DNA of 64,000 nt from an uncultured Zhenpiania sp. (GCA_964625475.1 CAZVBL010000004.1:1143-65142); one strand, 5' to 3'. Numbered from the stretch's first letter, positions 19,908 through 30,034 are shown. Translations and numbers: made by a program. Notes: a model not told the origin generated them from the letters alone.

Positions 19908-19936
19908 AACATAAATTCCATAAAACTCATATATTA
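19908..19936 (+). promoter_or_regulatory. sigma-K-type promoter of the Cys-rich gene
   Basis: AACA-16bp-CATATATTA. Confidence 0.65.
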
Positions 19937-19977
19937 TTCAAGAATTACTTGTTGAAAGTTTAAAAGGAGGTAACTAT

Positions 19978-21063
19978 ATGAGTTGTTTCGGCAATAGACC
20001 GGCGTCGGACCTCTTCGAGAATTGCTGCAACGCAGGCAATCTCTGCAAATTTAACGGCAAACTGGATGATGTAGTCAGCACACCGATTTATGTACAGAGC
20101 GTCTACGACGCAGTGCTTTCCAATCTCCAGGGAATGAAAACAGTGCAAAACCAGAGGTTCTCGCCTGCTGTTCCCGTGGGCAGCACCATCCTCAGGGTCT
20201 GCGACATTCGCTGCAAAAAATATTTCAACCCATGCAACGTAGATGATCCAAGAAATTTAAACCTGGATATCGATACCAGCATTTCCGGAGCCACGTTCCT
20301 GCAAAACGGCAACGGGGAATACGTTGAGGTCGTGGGTCCCGATGGGATGCTTTCCCAGAAAGTGCTGTACGCCGATACCCAGGAATGCGATGACCAGTGC
20401 ATGGGAACCCCGATTTTCGGAACCCAAAACGTCAATATCACAGGTGATGTCCTGGTTTACATCGACCTGCTGCTGTGCGACAGATGCAACAATGAAAGCG
20501 TGTTTACCGTTTGCGCGCAGGTCAACGTGGCTACGGCCACCCACCCGTTGGCGCTGACGAATTTCTTTGAATGCTGCATGCCAAGCACAGAGGACACAGC
20601 CTTTCTCCCAAGGTTTACGGAGTTTGCAAACGTAGCATGTGAGGCTCGTCTGGCAACCAATAGCTGCGGCAGGGATCTGAGCATCGGACCGGACGGCGAA
20701 GTATGTGGAAATCTGATCCTCGCCCTCTGCGTAAGTTCGGAAAAGAAAATCGTAGTGCCTGTGCAGTTGTGCGCGCTGTCCACCGGATTCGCGGAAATTC
20801 CTACCCAGACCAATCCCATCTGCTCCAGCTTCCCCGGCCTTTTCCCAAACAGGGTCAGTGAAGCGGATACAGAAGAAAACTGTGGGGATCCATGCCAGCC
20901 ATCCCATAACGCCTGCGGCGATTTGCGCAACAGCAACGGGAACGGCTGCGGCGATCCATGCGGCGGCGGGAACCCTGTACCGGAAAAGCCTGCATCGGAC
21001 TGCGGATGTGGGTGCAATGAATGCGGTCCCGGCAAACCTGGGGAACCGAGGCACAGAAGATAA
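19978..21063 (+). CDS. Cysteine-rich spore surface protein candidate (CsxA/CdeC-like)
   Basis: About 29 Cys in 361 aa, no signal peptide, RBS AAGGAGG, sigma-K-type promoter, Cys/Gly/Pro-rich tail. Confidence 0.65.
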   Translation: MSCFGNRPASDLFENCCNAGNLCKFNGKLDDVVSTPIYVQSVYDAVLSNLQGMKTVQNQRFSPAVPVGSTILRVCDIRCKKYFNPCNVDDPRNLNLDIDTSISGATFLQNGNGEYVEVVGPDGMLSQKVLYADTQECDDQCMGTPIFGTQNVNITGDVLVYIDLLLCDRCNNESVFTVCAQVNVATATHPLALTNFFECCMPSTEDTAFLPRFTEFANVACEARLATNSCGRDLSIGPDGEVCGNLILALCVSSEKKIVVPVQLCALSTGFAEIPTQTNPICSSFPGLFPNRVSEADTEENCGDPCQPSHNACGDLRNSNGNGCGDPCGGGNPVPEKPASDCGCGCNECGPGKPGEPRHRR

Positions 21064-21124
21064 ACAAGGGGAAAACGGCGTTCCCGTTTCCACCTGAATG
21101 CGCCGCAATTTCATCTCAATTGGC

Positions 21125-21156
21125 AGACGGCCTGTATTTGCAAATGCAGGCCGTCT
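21125..21156. terminator. Hairpin between convergent genes
   Basis: AGACGGCCTGTATTTG / CAAATGCAGGCCGTCT, 16-bp arms with one G-U. Confidence 0.6.
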
Positions 21157-21174
21157 CACCCAATGCCCAGTCCA

Positions 21175-22035
21175 TCAACGATAATCCTTTGCGCATCTGG
21201 GGTACTGCGATGTGTCCCATCGAAGCCCCAATTTTTTTACAGTTCCATCGGAAACCAGATAGATGGCCCGAAAGCCGCTGCTGTCATTGCATTGTACGTC
21301 AATATGGTAATAACCCTTTCCTACCCGAACGATGTTCCACTGATGAAATGGATTGACCGCATCTTCGTTAGCATGGACATAGTAGCACTTTACGCCCATT
21401 TCATCGCACAGTGCCTTGAATGCCCTGGAATAGCCGGAACATTGCGCCTCTTTATAGATCAGCGCACCCCATGCGCTGTTGGCTCCGTTTTTTCTGCTGC
21501 TGTCCGCATAGCGACAATTTCGCACCAGGTAATCATGGGCAATCCGCACCTTTTCTTTGTCGCTCATAGCAGCCTTTATCTTTGTATTGACAAATTTCGC
21601 CGCCGCATCTTTTACCTGGCTGCGCTGGCTCTCTGTCATGAAAGGGCCGTATACGGTTCCCGCCCCGTAATTTCCCCGGACTTTTTTCTTGGAAACCCGA
21701 TTGCTGGCAACTTGCCGTCCATCTCGCAGCTTTGCGACCACGATGTAGCAGTACTTTTTTCGTTCCCGCAGGTTTCGATCCTGAAAAGTCGCTTTTTGGG
21801 TAACGGCGACCTTTTGATAAGCGGATTTTTTCTTCAGGGAGCGGTAAACATGATAGGATTTCACCTGCTTCTCCCTGTTCCATTTCAAAACGATGGATGA
21901 GGCGGACGCATTGGTCACGTTCAGATGCACGGATGCTCCCGCCGCCGCTTGCATGGGAAAAACCGCGATAGCTACCGCCATTGCGATGGCCAATGCGCTC
22001 GCTGACATTCTCCCTGTTCTCTTTCTCAGTTTCAT
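21175..22035 (-). CDS. Secreted FN3 plus transglutaminase-like domain protein
   Basis: Signal peptide, FN3-like region (LKW..YHVYRS), Cys-His-Asp triad in AQCSGY / HQWN / HIDV; RBS GGGAGG before ATG 22035. Confidence 0.82.
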   Translation of the reverse strand: MKLRKRTGRMSASALAIAMAVAIAVFPMQAAAGASVHLNVTNASASSIVLKWNREKQVKSYHVYRSLKKKSAYQKVAVTQKATFQDRNLRERKKYCYIVVAKLRDGRQVASNRVSKKKVRGNYGAGTVYGPFMTESQRSQVKDAAAKFVNTKIKAAMSDKEKVRIAHDYLVRNCRYADSSRKNGANSAWGALIYKEAQCSGYSRAFKALCDEMGVKCYYVHANEDAVNPFHQWNIVRVGKGYYHIDVQCNDSSGFRAIYLVSDGTVKKLGLRWDTSQYPRCAKDYR

Positions 22036-22117
22036 TTGTAATGCCCTCCCTCTGCTTTCTATGTTTTTCATAGATTACACCATATAGGGAGGCAATAGGT
22101 CGCCCTGGAAGCGACAA

Positions 22118-22669
22118 TTATTTTGCTGCGGTTCCCAGCAACGTCTGTCCGAAATGCAAGAGCGTTTCGTTGATTAAAAACAAATCGTACTCCTGGCGTT
22201 CCAGAAAATATCGCATGATCACATCGGATTTTTGTCCCATGGAAAGGGCATAACCAGCACTGGACAACAACTCGTTCGTCTCTTCCAGAGACAGCTCCAG
22301 GGAAACCGCCAAAGCCAGAACCGTCGTTTTTTTCGGGTTGTAATTCCTGTTGCTGCGTATCTTTGAGAAAAGTTTCCGATCCATGTGCGCACCCTTGTAA
22401 ACATCCGGATCCTTCTTTCCCTTTTCATCGATGATCCGCAGCAGCATTTCCGAAAACGTCTCTTCCATATTGTCCAAACGATCGCCCAAGCCGCCAGCTT
22501 CATAAGGGCATACGGCTTCGCGCACCCGCATCTGCGCGTTCCATTCCGGGCGGTAATGTTCTTTTATATAGTTATCGATGTCCCGGAGCCCTTCTTTTGT
22601 GGAACGCTCCTCTTTTCCAGCCCCCGTTTTCCCAGGAACCTGGCCGTTCCGAACACAGTGAAACAGCAT
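22118..22669 (-). CDS. Hypothetical HTH (XRE-like) protein resembling the C-terminal domain of clostridial macro-domain proteins
   Basis: FSEMLLRIID, DRKLFSKIR, PKKTTVLALAVSL, SAGYAL; RBS AGGAGG before ATG 22669. Confidence 0.7.
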   Translation of the reverse strand: MLFHCVRNGQVPGKTGAGKEERSTKEGLRDIDNYIKEHYRPEWNAQMRVREAVCPYEAGGLGDRLDNMEETFSEMLLRIIDEKGKKDPDVYKGAHMDRKLFSKIRSNRNYNPKKTTVLALAVSLELSLEETNELLSSAGYALSMGQKSDVIMRYFLERQEYDLFLINETLLHFGQTLLGTAAK

Positions 22670-22773
22670 GATTGGATTCCTCCTGTCGTTTGCAGGCCAG
22701 GGAAAGGCATTGCGATTTTTGGCAAGGGACATCGCAAGCCGCCATGTTTCGCATTGCGGGGCATCCTTCGGTT

Positions 22774-24645
22774 TCATCGCAGTTGCGGCTGGCGTTTCCC
22801 GTCTGCCGTTGGACTTTCATCCTGCGCATGGGCTGCGATCACCTGCAGGAACTTCGCTCCATATTTTTCAAATTTCACTTCCCCTACGCCGGAAACGCCT
22901 AGCATTTCCGCTTTCGTCCTGGGGGATTTGGCGCACATTTCCCGCAGGGTCTTGTCTGCGAACACCACATAGGGAGGAACGCTCTGAATCCTGGCGATTT
23001 TCGTCCTAAGTGCCCGGAGGGCTTCAAAGAGCTGTGGATTTTCCACATCATAATCCTGTTTTCTCGTTTTGGCTTCCTTTGCCGCTTTCGGTTCCTGCTC
23101 CTTTGCGGTCTTCATGGTGACATGCGCTTCTCCCGCCAGGACGGCTCCTGCCTCGGATCCTAGCCGTAAAACGCTGTAGCGGTCATCGGTCTGTATCAGA
23201 TAATCGTTCAGCAGCAGGTGATCGGCAACCTGCCGAAGGAAATGGATGGGTTTGTCGGATTCGGAACCGTAACCATCGCTTTCATCCAAGCGATAACGGT
23301 GGATTTTTTCCGTGTCCGCACCACGAACCGCATCCAGGATCACCGTCAGGCCATACCGCTGGCCGCAACTTTTCACGCAGTCCAGGATGTTCCTCGCCGT
23401 GCTGGTAATGTCCCGCTCCTCGAACCGGGTCAGGCAGTTGCCGCAGTTGCCGCAGTATCCGGGGGAACGCTCTCCAAAATACCGAAGGATGTAGTTTCGC
23501 AGGCAGTCGTTGGTATGGCAGTAAAAGGTCATCCTTTTCAGGCGCATTCGATCCCGCTCCCGAATCTTTTCCCGCTCCTCTGGTTCCAACTCCTCATTTT
23601 CGCTGTCCTTTTCGATGAAAAACTGGTTCGTTACCACATCCTTTCCGCCGTACAGCAAAATGCAGTCCGCAGGCTCCCCGTCCCTTCCGGCCCTGCCCGC
23701 TTCCTGGTAGTAGCTCTCTATGTTTTTCGGCATGTTATAGTGAATCACGAAATGCACGTTGGATTTGTCGATGCCCATGCCAAAGGCGTTAGTGGCGACC
23801 ATGATGGGCTTTCTATCATAGATGAAATCATCCTGGTTCTCTCTTCGCTCCCCGTCCGAAAGCCCTGCATGGTAGCGAACCGCCCCGATTCCATCTTCCT
23901 TCAGCCGCTGGCAGACTTCTTCCACCAGCTTTCGCGTCAGGCAGTAGACGATGCCGCTCTTGCCCGGGTGGGTATCGAGGTAATTCTTCAGGGCCGCATA
24001 TTTGTTGCAAGGCTTTTGCACGGAAAAAAACAGGTTCTTTCTGTCAAAACCCGTCGTCAGGACAATCGGATCCTGCAGCTTGAGAATCCGCACCACATCT
24101 TCCCTGACCTGACGGGTCGCCGTAGCCGTAAACGCACTAATGATCGGCCGATGCTCCAGTTGCTCCACAAATTCCAGGATTTTCAGGTAGCTTGGGCGGA
24201 AATCCTGCCCCCACTGGGAGACGCAGTGCGCTTCATCCACCGCCACCATTTCGATTTTCACGGATTGGGCAAAATTCAAAAACTCCCGGTTCGTGAGCCG
24301 CTCCGGCGCCACATATATGATTTTGTAGGTTCCCTGTCTGGCATATTCCAGCGCTTTGAAATACTGGCCCTGGGTCAGGGAGCTGTTAAAATAGGCGCCG
24401 CGGATTCCCGCCTCTTTTAAAGCGGCGACTTGATCCTTCATCAGGGAGATCAGCGGCGTAATGACTAAGGTGATTCCCTCCATCATGATTCCCGGCAATT
24501 GATAGCAGATGGACTTCCCCGCTCCCGTGGGCATGATGCCAAAGGCATCCTTCCCGCTGAGAATGCTGTCGATGAGCAGTTCCTGCCCTTCCCGGAACTC
24601 ATCGTAGCCAAAATATTTTTTTAAAAATTGTCGTTTTTCTGTCAT
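22774..24645 (-). CDS. recQ: DNA helicase RecQ with RQC and HRDC domains
   Basis: MPTGAGKS, VDEAHCVSQWG, SAFTATAT, YYQEAGRAGRDG, VPPYVVFADKTL. Confidence 0.97.
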   Translation of the reverse strand: MTEKRQFLKKYFGYDEFREGQELLIDSILSGKDAFGIMPTGAGKSICYQLPGIMMEGITLVITPLISLMKDQVAALKEAGIRGAYFNSSLTQGQYFKALEYARQGTYKIIYVAPERLTNREFLNFAQSVKIEMVAVDEAHCVSQWGQDFRPSYLKILEFVEQLEHRPIISAFTATATRQVREDVVRILKLQDPIVLTTGFDRKNLFFSVQKPCNKYAALKNYLDTHPGKSGIVYCLTRKLVEEVCQRLKEDGIGAVRYHAGLSDGERRENQDDFIYDRKPIMVATNAFGMGIDKSNVHFVIHYNMPKNIESYYQEAGRAGRDGEPADCILLYGGKDVVTNQFFIEKDSENEELEPEEREKIRERDRMRLKRMTFYCHTNDCLRNYILRYFGERSPGYCGNCGNCLTRFEERDITSTARNILDCVKSCGQRYGLTVILDAVRGADTEKIHRYRLDESDGYGSESDKPIHFLRQVADHLLLNDYLIQTDDRYSVLRLGSEAGAVLAGEAHVTMKTAKEQEPKAAKEAKTRKQDYDVENPQLFEALRALRTKIARIQSVPPYVVFADKTLREMCAKSPRTKAEMLGVSGVGEVKFEKYGAKFLQVIAAHAQDESPTADGKRQPQLR

Positions 24646-24837
24646 GTTCCGCTCCAATGTCTGATTTAGCATTTTTTACCATTATAAGATGGATTTTCTC
24701 CGTTTGCAACAAAAATTTTACGCAACCTTCATTGAAATCCGCAAAAAATAAGTTTATAGTTAAGCGTGGGAATCGTTCCGCAAGAAAAGGCTTTGCGATG
24801 ATTTCCACATCAACAAAAAAGAAAGCTGGGATGAAAC

Positions 24838-25611
24838 ATGAGATTTGACTTGCACTGCCATACGAAGGAAGGCTCCATTGACTCCAGAGTGTCCATCGAG
24901 CGATATGTGCAGCTACTGAAGGAAAAGGGCTTCGATGGCTTCATGATCACGGATCATAATTCCTACAAGGGCTGCCGCGCGTGGGATCGCATGTCAAAGG
25001 ATCCCCAATATTCCGATTTCATCGTTCTCCGCGGAGTGGAGTACGACACAAAGGATGCTGGCCATATCCTGGTCATCATGCCGGATGATCTGTATCTTCC
25101 CATTTTGAACGTGCGGGGCATGACGCTGAGGCGATTGCTGAAAATCGTCCACCGCTTTGGCGGCATATTGGGGCCTGCCCATCCCTTCGGCGTCCGCAGT
25201 TCCAGCGCCATGCATTTTCGCAAGATGAACATGGAACTCATCGAGCGGTTTGACTTCATCGAAACCTTCAACACCTGCGAATCAGCAACGGACAACGAGC
25301 TGTCCCGGCAATTGGCGGACAAATACCATCTGACCGCATTTGGCGGCTCCGATGCCCATGAAGAACGATATGTGGGCATGGCCGAAACCGTGTTTGACGA
25401 TGTGATTGCCTGCAACAACGATTTGATCCATGCGGTCAAGGCAGGGCATCCAACCCATGTAAATGGCCAGGTGCGGGAAATGACCACGAAAGCCAAAAGA
25501 AAGGCGCAGTGGATGGGGGTTTGGGGTTTCAAGATCTACAATCGAGGGCTTGCCAAACTGATTTCCCCTTACCGCAAGTACCACCACATGAAAATGCCCT
25601 TCCGCTCTTAG
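24838..25611 (+). CDS. PHP-domain metal-dependent phosphoesterase
   Basis: DLHCHT, TDHN, AHPF, GGSDAH. Confidence 0.9.
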   Translation: MRFDLHCHTKEGSIDSRVSIERYVQLLKEKGFDGFMITDHNSYKGCRAWDRMSKDPQYSDFIVLRGVEYDTKDAGHILVIMPDDLYLPILNVRGMTLRRLLKIVHRFGGILGPAHPFGVRSSSAMHFRKMNMELIERFDFIETFNTCESATDNELSRQLADKYHLTAFGGSDAHEERYVGMAETVFDDVIACNNDLIHAVKAGHPTHVNGQVREMTTKAKRKAQWMGVWGFKIYNRGLAKLISPYRKYHHMKMPFRS

Positions 25612-25709
25612 CGCATGCTTCAGCAATCGTTCCAGCCGTCCGCACGCCCGATTCGCACTGTCTTCCAACCCAAATCGCTTGCCATATGGCTTCCAGAAGG
25701 CCTCACCAG

Positions 25710-26663
25710 CTACAGGCTTTTCAAAAGCGATTTCACAATGTACCTGGAATTGAGGGCAAAGGCCTCGTAAGGCTGTTCCTCCGATTTTGCGCGAGTCCAG
25801 TGTTGGTGCGTAAATTCCTGAACAATCTCCTCCTCAGACATCCCTTTTTTCACAAGCTGGGCCACATCGGCGCGCTCGCTGTCCAGTTCTTTTTCATAAA
25901 GCTCCCAATACGTTTCGTTGAACTCCTCCGGCAGCAGGCCGAAATGGGGCAGCACGATGCGCCTTGCCTTGCATTTTTTGCATTTTTCAAGGGATTTTAT
26001 GGCATCCTCATAGCTTTTGAGGATGGGCGCATGCACATAATCCAGCCGTTCCAAAATGCCGGTGCTTTCGCTGGTAAAGAGGATGCTGTCCGGTTTCAGC
26101 AGGAAACTCAGGGAACAGTCCGTATGACCCTTTGTTTCCAAAACCGTGAACGCCCGATTCCCAAGGGAAATCTCATCGCCCTCCCCGATCACCTGATCGA
26201 TGGACAGAAAATCCGTACTGATTTCCACGGAAGACCCAGGGTCATATTGTTCTTTGGCCTTTTCGCCCAACTCCTTCATCAATTCCCGCGCACCCGATTT
26301 TGGCAAAATTTTGGCCGCATGGGCGGCTCCCAGGACAATTGCGTTCGGATAAGCGGTCTTCACATAAGGCAATGCGCCGATGTGGTCGTAATGGCTGTGG
26401 CTCAAAATCACATAATCCAACTGTTTTCCTGAAAGCGCTTCTTTCAGGTTTTTCACGAGCCGCAGCCCGCAATACGCCATGCCACAGTCCAAAAGAGCTG
26501 TCTTTTCACCGCCGATCACCAGAATCGCTTCCCCGCCGTGGCCCGCCGTCACTCGATGGATTCCCGAAGGAAATCCAAATCGATCATGCTTTCGTCCCCC
26601 AAAATCATAAAAATCAAGTCCTGTTTTTTCCATTTCAACGTTTTCTTCTAACTCCCGTTCCAT
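25710..26663 (-). CDS. MBL-fold metallo-hydrolase
   Basis: SHSHYDHIG (HxHxDH), TKGHT; RBS GGAGG before ATG 26663. Confidence 0.9.
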   Translation of the reverse strand: MERELEENVEMEKTGLDFYDFGGRKHDRFGFPSGIHRVTAGHGGEAILVIGGEKTALLDCGMAYCGLRLVKNLKEALSGKQLDYVILSHSHYDHIGALPYVKTAYPNAIVLGAAHAAKILPKSGARELMKELGEKAKEQYDPGSSVEISTDFLSIDQVIGEGDEISLGNRAFTVLETKGHTDCSLSFLLKPDSILFTSESTGILERLDYVHAPILKSYEDAIKSLEKCKKCKARRIVLPHFGLLPEEFNETYWELYEKELDSERADVAQLVKKGMSEEEIVQEFTHQHWTRAKSEEQPYEAFALNSRYIVKSLLKSL

Positions 26664-26971
26664 GGTTCCTCCAAAAGCCTTCATCAAAGCCGTACCGGAT
26701 CATGATATCACTGAAACAATGAAAAAGCAAGCACCGTGCTTGGCTTGTTTGTCACGCAGGAAGTGAACGTAAAATTTGTTGGGAATTGGGATGGATTCCT
26801 CAGAAACGCATTGACATTGTTTCCGAGGTCAGGTATATTCAAAAAGGCGGCAACTTGAAACAAGAACAGGGATAGGATCCACCACAGACATGAACCGCTG
26901 TGACGTGGACAATTTTGGAGCCTTATCGCAAAAAAAATATTTATCCACTTGGAAAGGTATCGGTATCGCAT

Positions 26972-27928
26972 ATGAAAAAAACGACATTGGGAAACACCGG
27001 CCTGCAGGTCACGCCTGTAGGATTCGGCGTGCTGACGGTTGGAAACACCCAATTGGACTTATCTGTAAAAGAAGGCGCAGACATTCTCCGCTATGGGTTG
27101 GAAAAAGGCATCAATTTTTTAGACACGGCGCAATACTACGAAACCTATCCTTACATACGGGAGGCATTGAGAGGAACGGATTTCCACCCGATCATCTGCT
27201 CCAAGTGCCTGGACTGCTCCTACGAAGAAATGGAGCATGCCATTGAAGAAGCGCTCCGGGAAATGGATCTGGATCATATCGACATTTTCCTGCTCCATGA
27301 AGTGAGGCAGGATCCGGATTGGGACAACCGCGCCGGTGCCTGGCGTTGCCTGCAGGATGCGAAAAAGGCGGGGCGGGTAAAGGCCATTGGCGTTTCCACC
27401 CATCATGTGGACGTTGCGAAAAAAATGGCGACAATCCCGGAAGCAGACGTGCTCTTTCCCCTCATCAATTTCCAGAGCCTTGGCATCCGCAAGGGCGATG
27501 GGCCGGGAACGAAGGAAGAAATGGCAGCTGCCATCAAAGCCAACGCTGATGCAGGAAAAGGCGTGTTCGCCATGAAAGCTTTCGGCGGCGGCAACCTGAC
27601 CGGCTCTTACCTGGAAGCCCTGGATTATGTGACCGGGCTGGATGGCATCGTCTCCACCATGATCGGCTTTGGAAAAAAAGAAGAAATCGACCGCATCGTA
27701 GAATACATGGAGGGAACCATTGACCGAAATTATGTCCCTGACACTACGAAGAAAAAAATCCGCATCGATCAGGGAGACTGCGAGGGGTGCGGCGCATGCC
27801 TGGAACGCTGCCCCAACAAGGCGATTTTCCGAAACCGCAATGGGCTTGCGGAAGTCAATCACGACATCTGTCTGACTTGCGGCTACTGCGCACCCGTCTG
27901 TCCCGTCCGCGCCATCATCATGTTTTAG
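26972..27928 (+). CDS. Aldo/keto reductase with a C-terminal 2x[4Fe-4S] ferredoxin domain
   Basis: GINFLDTAQYY, IDIFLLHE, IGVSTH; CEGCGACLERC and CLTCGYCAPVC. A TTGACA-17-TATATT promoter lies near 26812. Confidence 0.93.
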   Translation: MKKTTLGNTGLQVTPVGFGVLTVGNTQLDLSVKEGADILRYGLEKGINFLDTAQYYETYPYIREALRGTDFHPIICSKCLDCSYEEMEHAIEEALREMDLDHIDIFLLHEVRQDPDWDNRAGAWRCLQDAKKAGRVKAIGVSTHHVDVAKKMATIPEADVLFPLINFQSLGIRKGDGPGTKEEMAAAIKANADAGKGVFAMKAFGGGNLTGSYLEALDYVTGLDGIVSTMIGFGKKEEIDRIVEYMEGTIDRNYVPDTTKKKIRIDQGDCEGCGACLERCPNKAIFRNRNGLAEVNHDICLTCGYCAPVCPVRAIIMF

Positions 27929-28129
27929 CCATGGCAGCATGTAGAATGGAACGAACAGGGTTTCGAGAGCCGCTTTGACCCTGCCATCAGACCGGCTCCC
28001 GATTTTCAGGCCTTATGAAATACGCTTCCTGTCATATACCCATGCAACCTATGATTGCCGGTTCATTTGTCAACAACTTTCTGAAATGCCGCCTCTGCAA
28101 AAGCCATGCGCCTTCGGCCATCATCCATC

Positions 28130-28585
28130 TCATTCTTCCTCTGGAATGTCTTGTTCGTCCTCCTCGTCCGCATTGGGGTCAAATCCTTCCAGGCCTTTGT
28201 AAGTTTTGCCCGCTTTCTGCGCATAGTCGTAAATGGCGGATTTGATGGCATGGTCCGCCAATACGGAGCAGTGGATTTTCACCGCCGGAAGCCCTCCCAA
28301 TTCCTTGATGATCTGCTTGTTGGTCAGTTCGAGAGCCTCATCGATGGTCATGCCGATGATCATGTCCGTTGCCACGCTGGACGATGCGATGGCAGAGCCG
28401 CAGCCGAAGGTCTTGAATTTGGCATCCTTGATTTTTTCATCTTCCACTTTGATGGAAATCTGCATCATGTCACCGCACACCGGGCTGCCGTAAGTGCCGA
28501 TGCCATCAGCGTTTTCAATTTCCCCAACATTGTGCGGGTTCATGAAATGATCCATTACTTTATCGTTATACATGTTTGCCGCCAT
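28130..28585 (-). CDS. nifU: Fe-S cluster scaffold NifU/IscU
   Basis: GSPVCGDMM, FGCGSAIASSS, KIHCSVLA. Confidence 0.96.
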   Translation of the reverse strand: MAANMYNDKVMDHFMNPHNVGEIENADGIGTYGSPVCGDMMQISIKVEDEKIKDAKFKTFGCGSAIASSSVATDMIIGMTIDEALELTNKQIIKELGGLPAVKIHCSVLADHAIKSAIYDYAQKAGKTYKGLEGFDPNADEEDEQDIPEEE

Positions 28586-28588
28586 GTT

Positions 28589-29758
28589 TTACCACCCCTT
28601 CTCGCTTGATACTGATGAAATTTCTCTCAACTTGCCGACTACCTCTTTCAGCGTGTCCACCACATAATCGATGTCCTCTTTTGTCGTCATGTCCCCTACG
28701 GTGAAGCGGAGCGTCCCGTGAATGCGCTCCACTGGAATGCCCAGAGCCGACAACACATGGGACGGGGTCAGGGATGCGGATGAGCATGCTGAACCTGTGG
28801 AAACCGCGATGCCTTTCATGTCCAAACGCAGGAGCATGGCCTCCCCTTCAATAAATTCAAAGGTCAGGTTCGCGTTTCCGGGATGCCGATGTTCCATAGT
28901 GCCGTTCACATAAACATGGTCGATGTTCGCCTGCACCTGTTGGATAAGGTAATCCCGCAGTTCCGTGGAATGGCGGATATGTTCCGTCAAATTGAGACGG
29001 GCAAGCTCGGCTGCTTTTCCAAAGCCAACGATTCCCGCCAGGTTTTCCGTTCCCGCACGCCGCTTGCTTTCCTGTGCGCCGCCGTGAAGGTAATTGGAAA
29101 TACGCAGGCCCTTGCGGATGTACAAAGCCCCAATCCCCTTTGGCCCATAAATTTTATGAGCCGACATGGACATCATGTCCACGCCCAATTCTTTCACATC
29201 GATCTCCACATTTCCCAGTGCCTGAACCGCATCGGTGTGGAACAAAATCTGATGTTTTTTCGCAATCGCCGCCAGCTCCTTGATGGGTTCGATGGTGCCC
29301 ACTTCGTTATTGACAAACATGACGCTGATCAAAATCGTTCGGTCGGTAATGGCCGCTTCCAGGTCAGCGGGATCGACCCGGCCTCCCTCATCTACGCCAA
29401 GATATGTGACATCGTAGCCGTTCTTCTCCAGAAATTCGCAGGAATGAAGCATGGCATGGTGTTCGATTTTCGTTGTGATGATGTGGTTGCCCTTCCCCTT
29501 CTGCGCATTTGCCGTTCCCATGACAGCCCAGTTGTCCGCTTCTGTGCCGCAGGAAGTAAAAAATATCTCCTTTTCCTGCGCGCCGATCAACTCAGCCACC
29601 TGCGCCCTCGCCTTTACCAAAGCCGCTTTGGACTCTGCTGCGATGCCGTACAGGCTGGAAGGGTTTCCATACAGTTCTGAAAAGTAAGGAAGCATTGCGT
29701 CCAGTACTTCTTTTTTTACTGGCGTCGTTGCTGAATAATCTAAATAAACTTGTCGCAT
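28589..29758 (-). CDS. nifS: Cysteine desulfurase NifS/IscS
   Basis: YLDYSATTP, SAHKIYGPKG, STGSACSS; RBS AAGGAG before ATG 29758. Confidence 0.96.
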   Translation of the reverse strand: MRQVYLDYSATTPVKKEVLDAMLPYFSELYGNPSSLYGIAAESKAALVKARAQVAELIGAQEKEIFFTSCGTEADNWAVMGTANAQKGKGNHIITTKIEHHAMLHSCEFLEKNGYDVTYLGVDEGGRVDPADLEAAITDRTILISVMFVNNEVGTIEPIKELAAIAKKHQILFHTDAVQALGNVEIDVKELGVDMMSMSAHKIYGPKGIGALYIRKGLRISNYLHGGAQESKRRAGTENLAGIVGFGKAAELARLNLTEHIRHSTELRDYLIQQVQANIDHVYVNGTMEHRHPGNANLTFEFIEGEAMLLRLDMKGIAVSTGSACSSASLTPSHVLSALGIPVERIHGTLRFTVGDMTTKEDIDYVVDTLKEVVGKLREISSVSSEKGW

Positions 29759-30034
29759 TTTTACTCCTTTTCCCTTGAAGGAACCGTTGCGGATGGATTC
29801 CTCATGCAGTCCCAAAACCTTCTGTACCGTATACTATTATACCAAGGTTCCATGATTTTGAAACACCTTTTTATGCTATTTTTTGAAAAAAGCGGGCAGT
29901 TCCTTCCTGTTTTTTGCAATGCGGAAAGTCCCGATAAAACCGCAAGGCGCAACAGCGGAAAGCTGGCGGCTTTCTGCGATGCGGTCAAGCAAGGTGACGC
30001 AAGGGAATACGAGCGACTCCGATAACCGAGTGAG

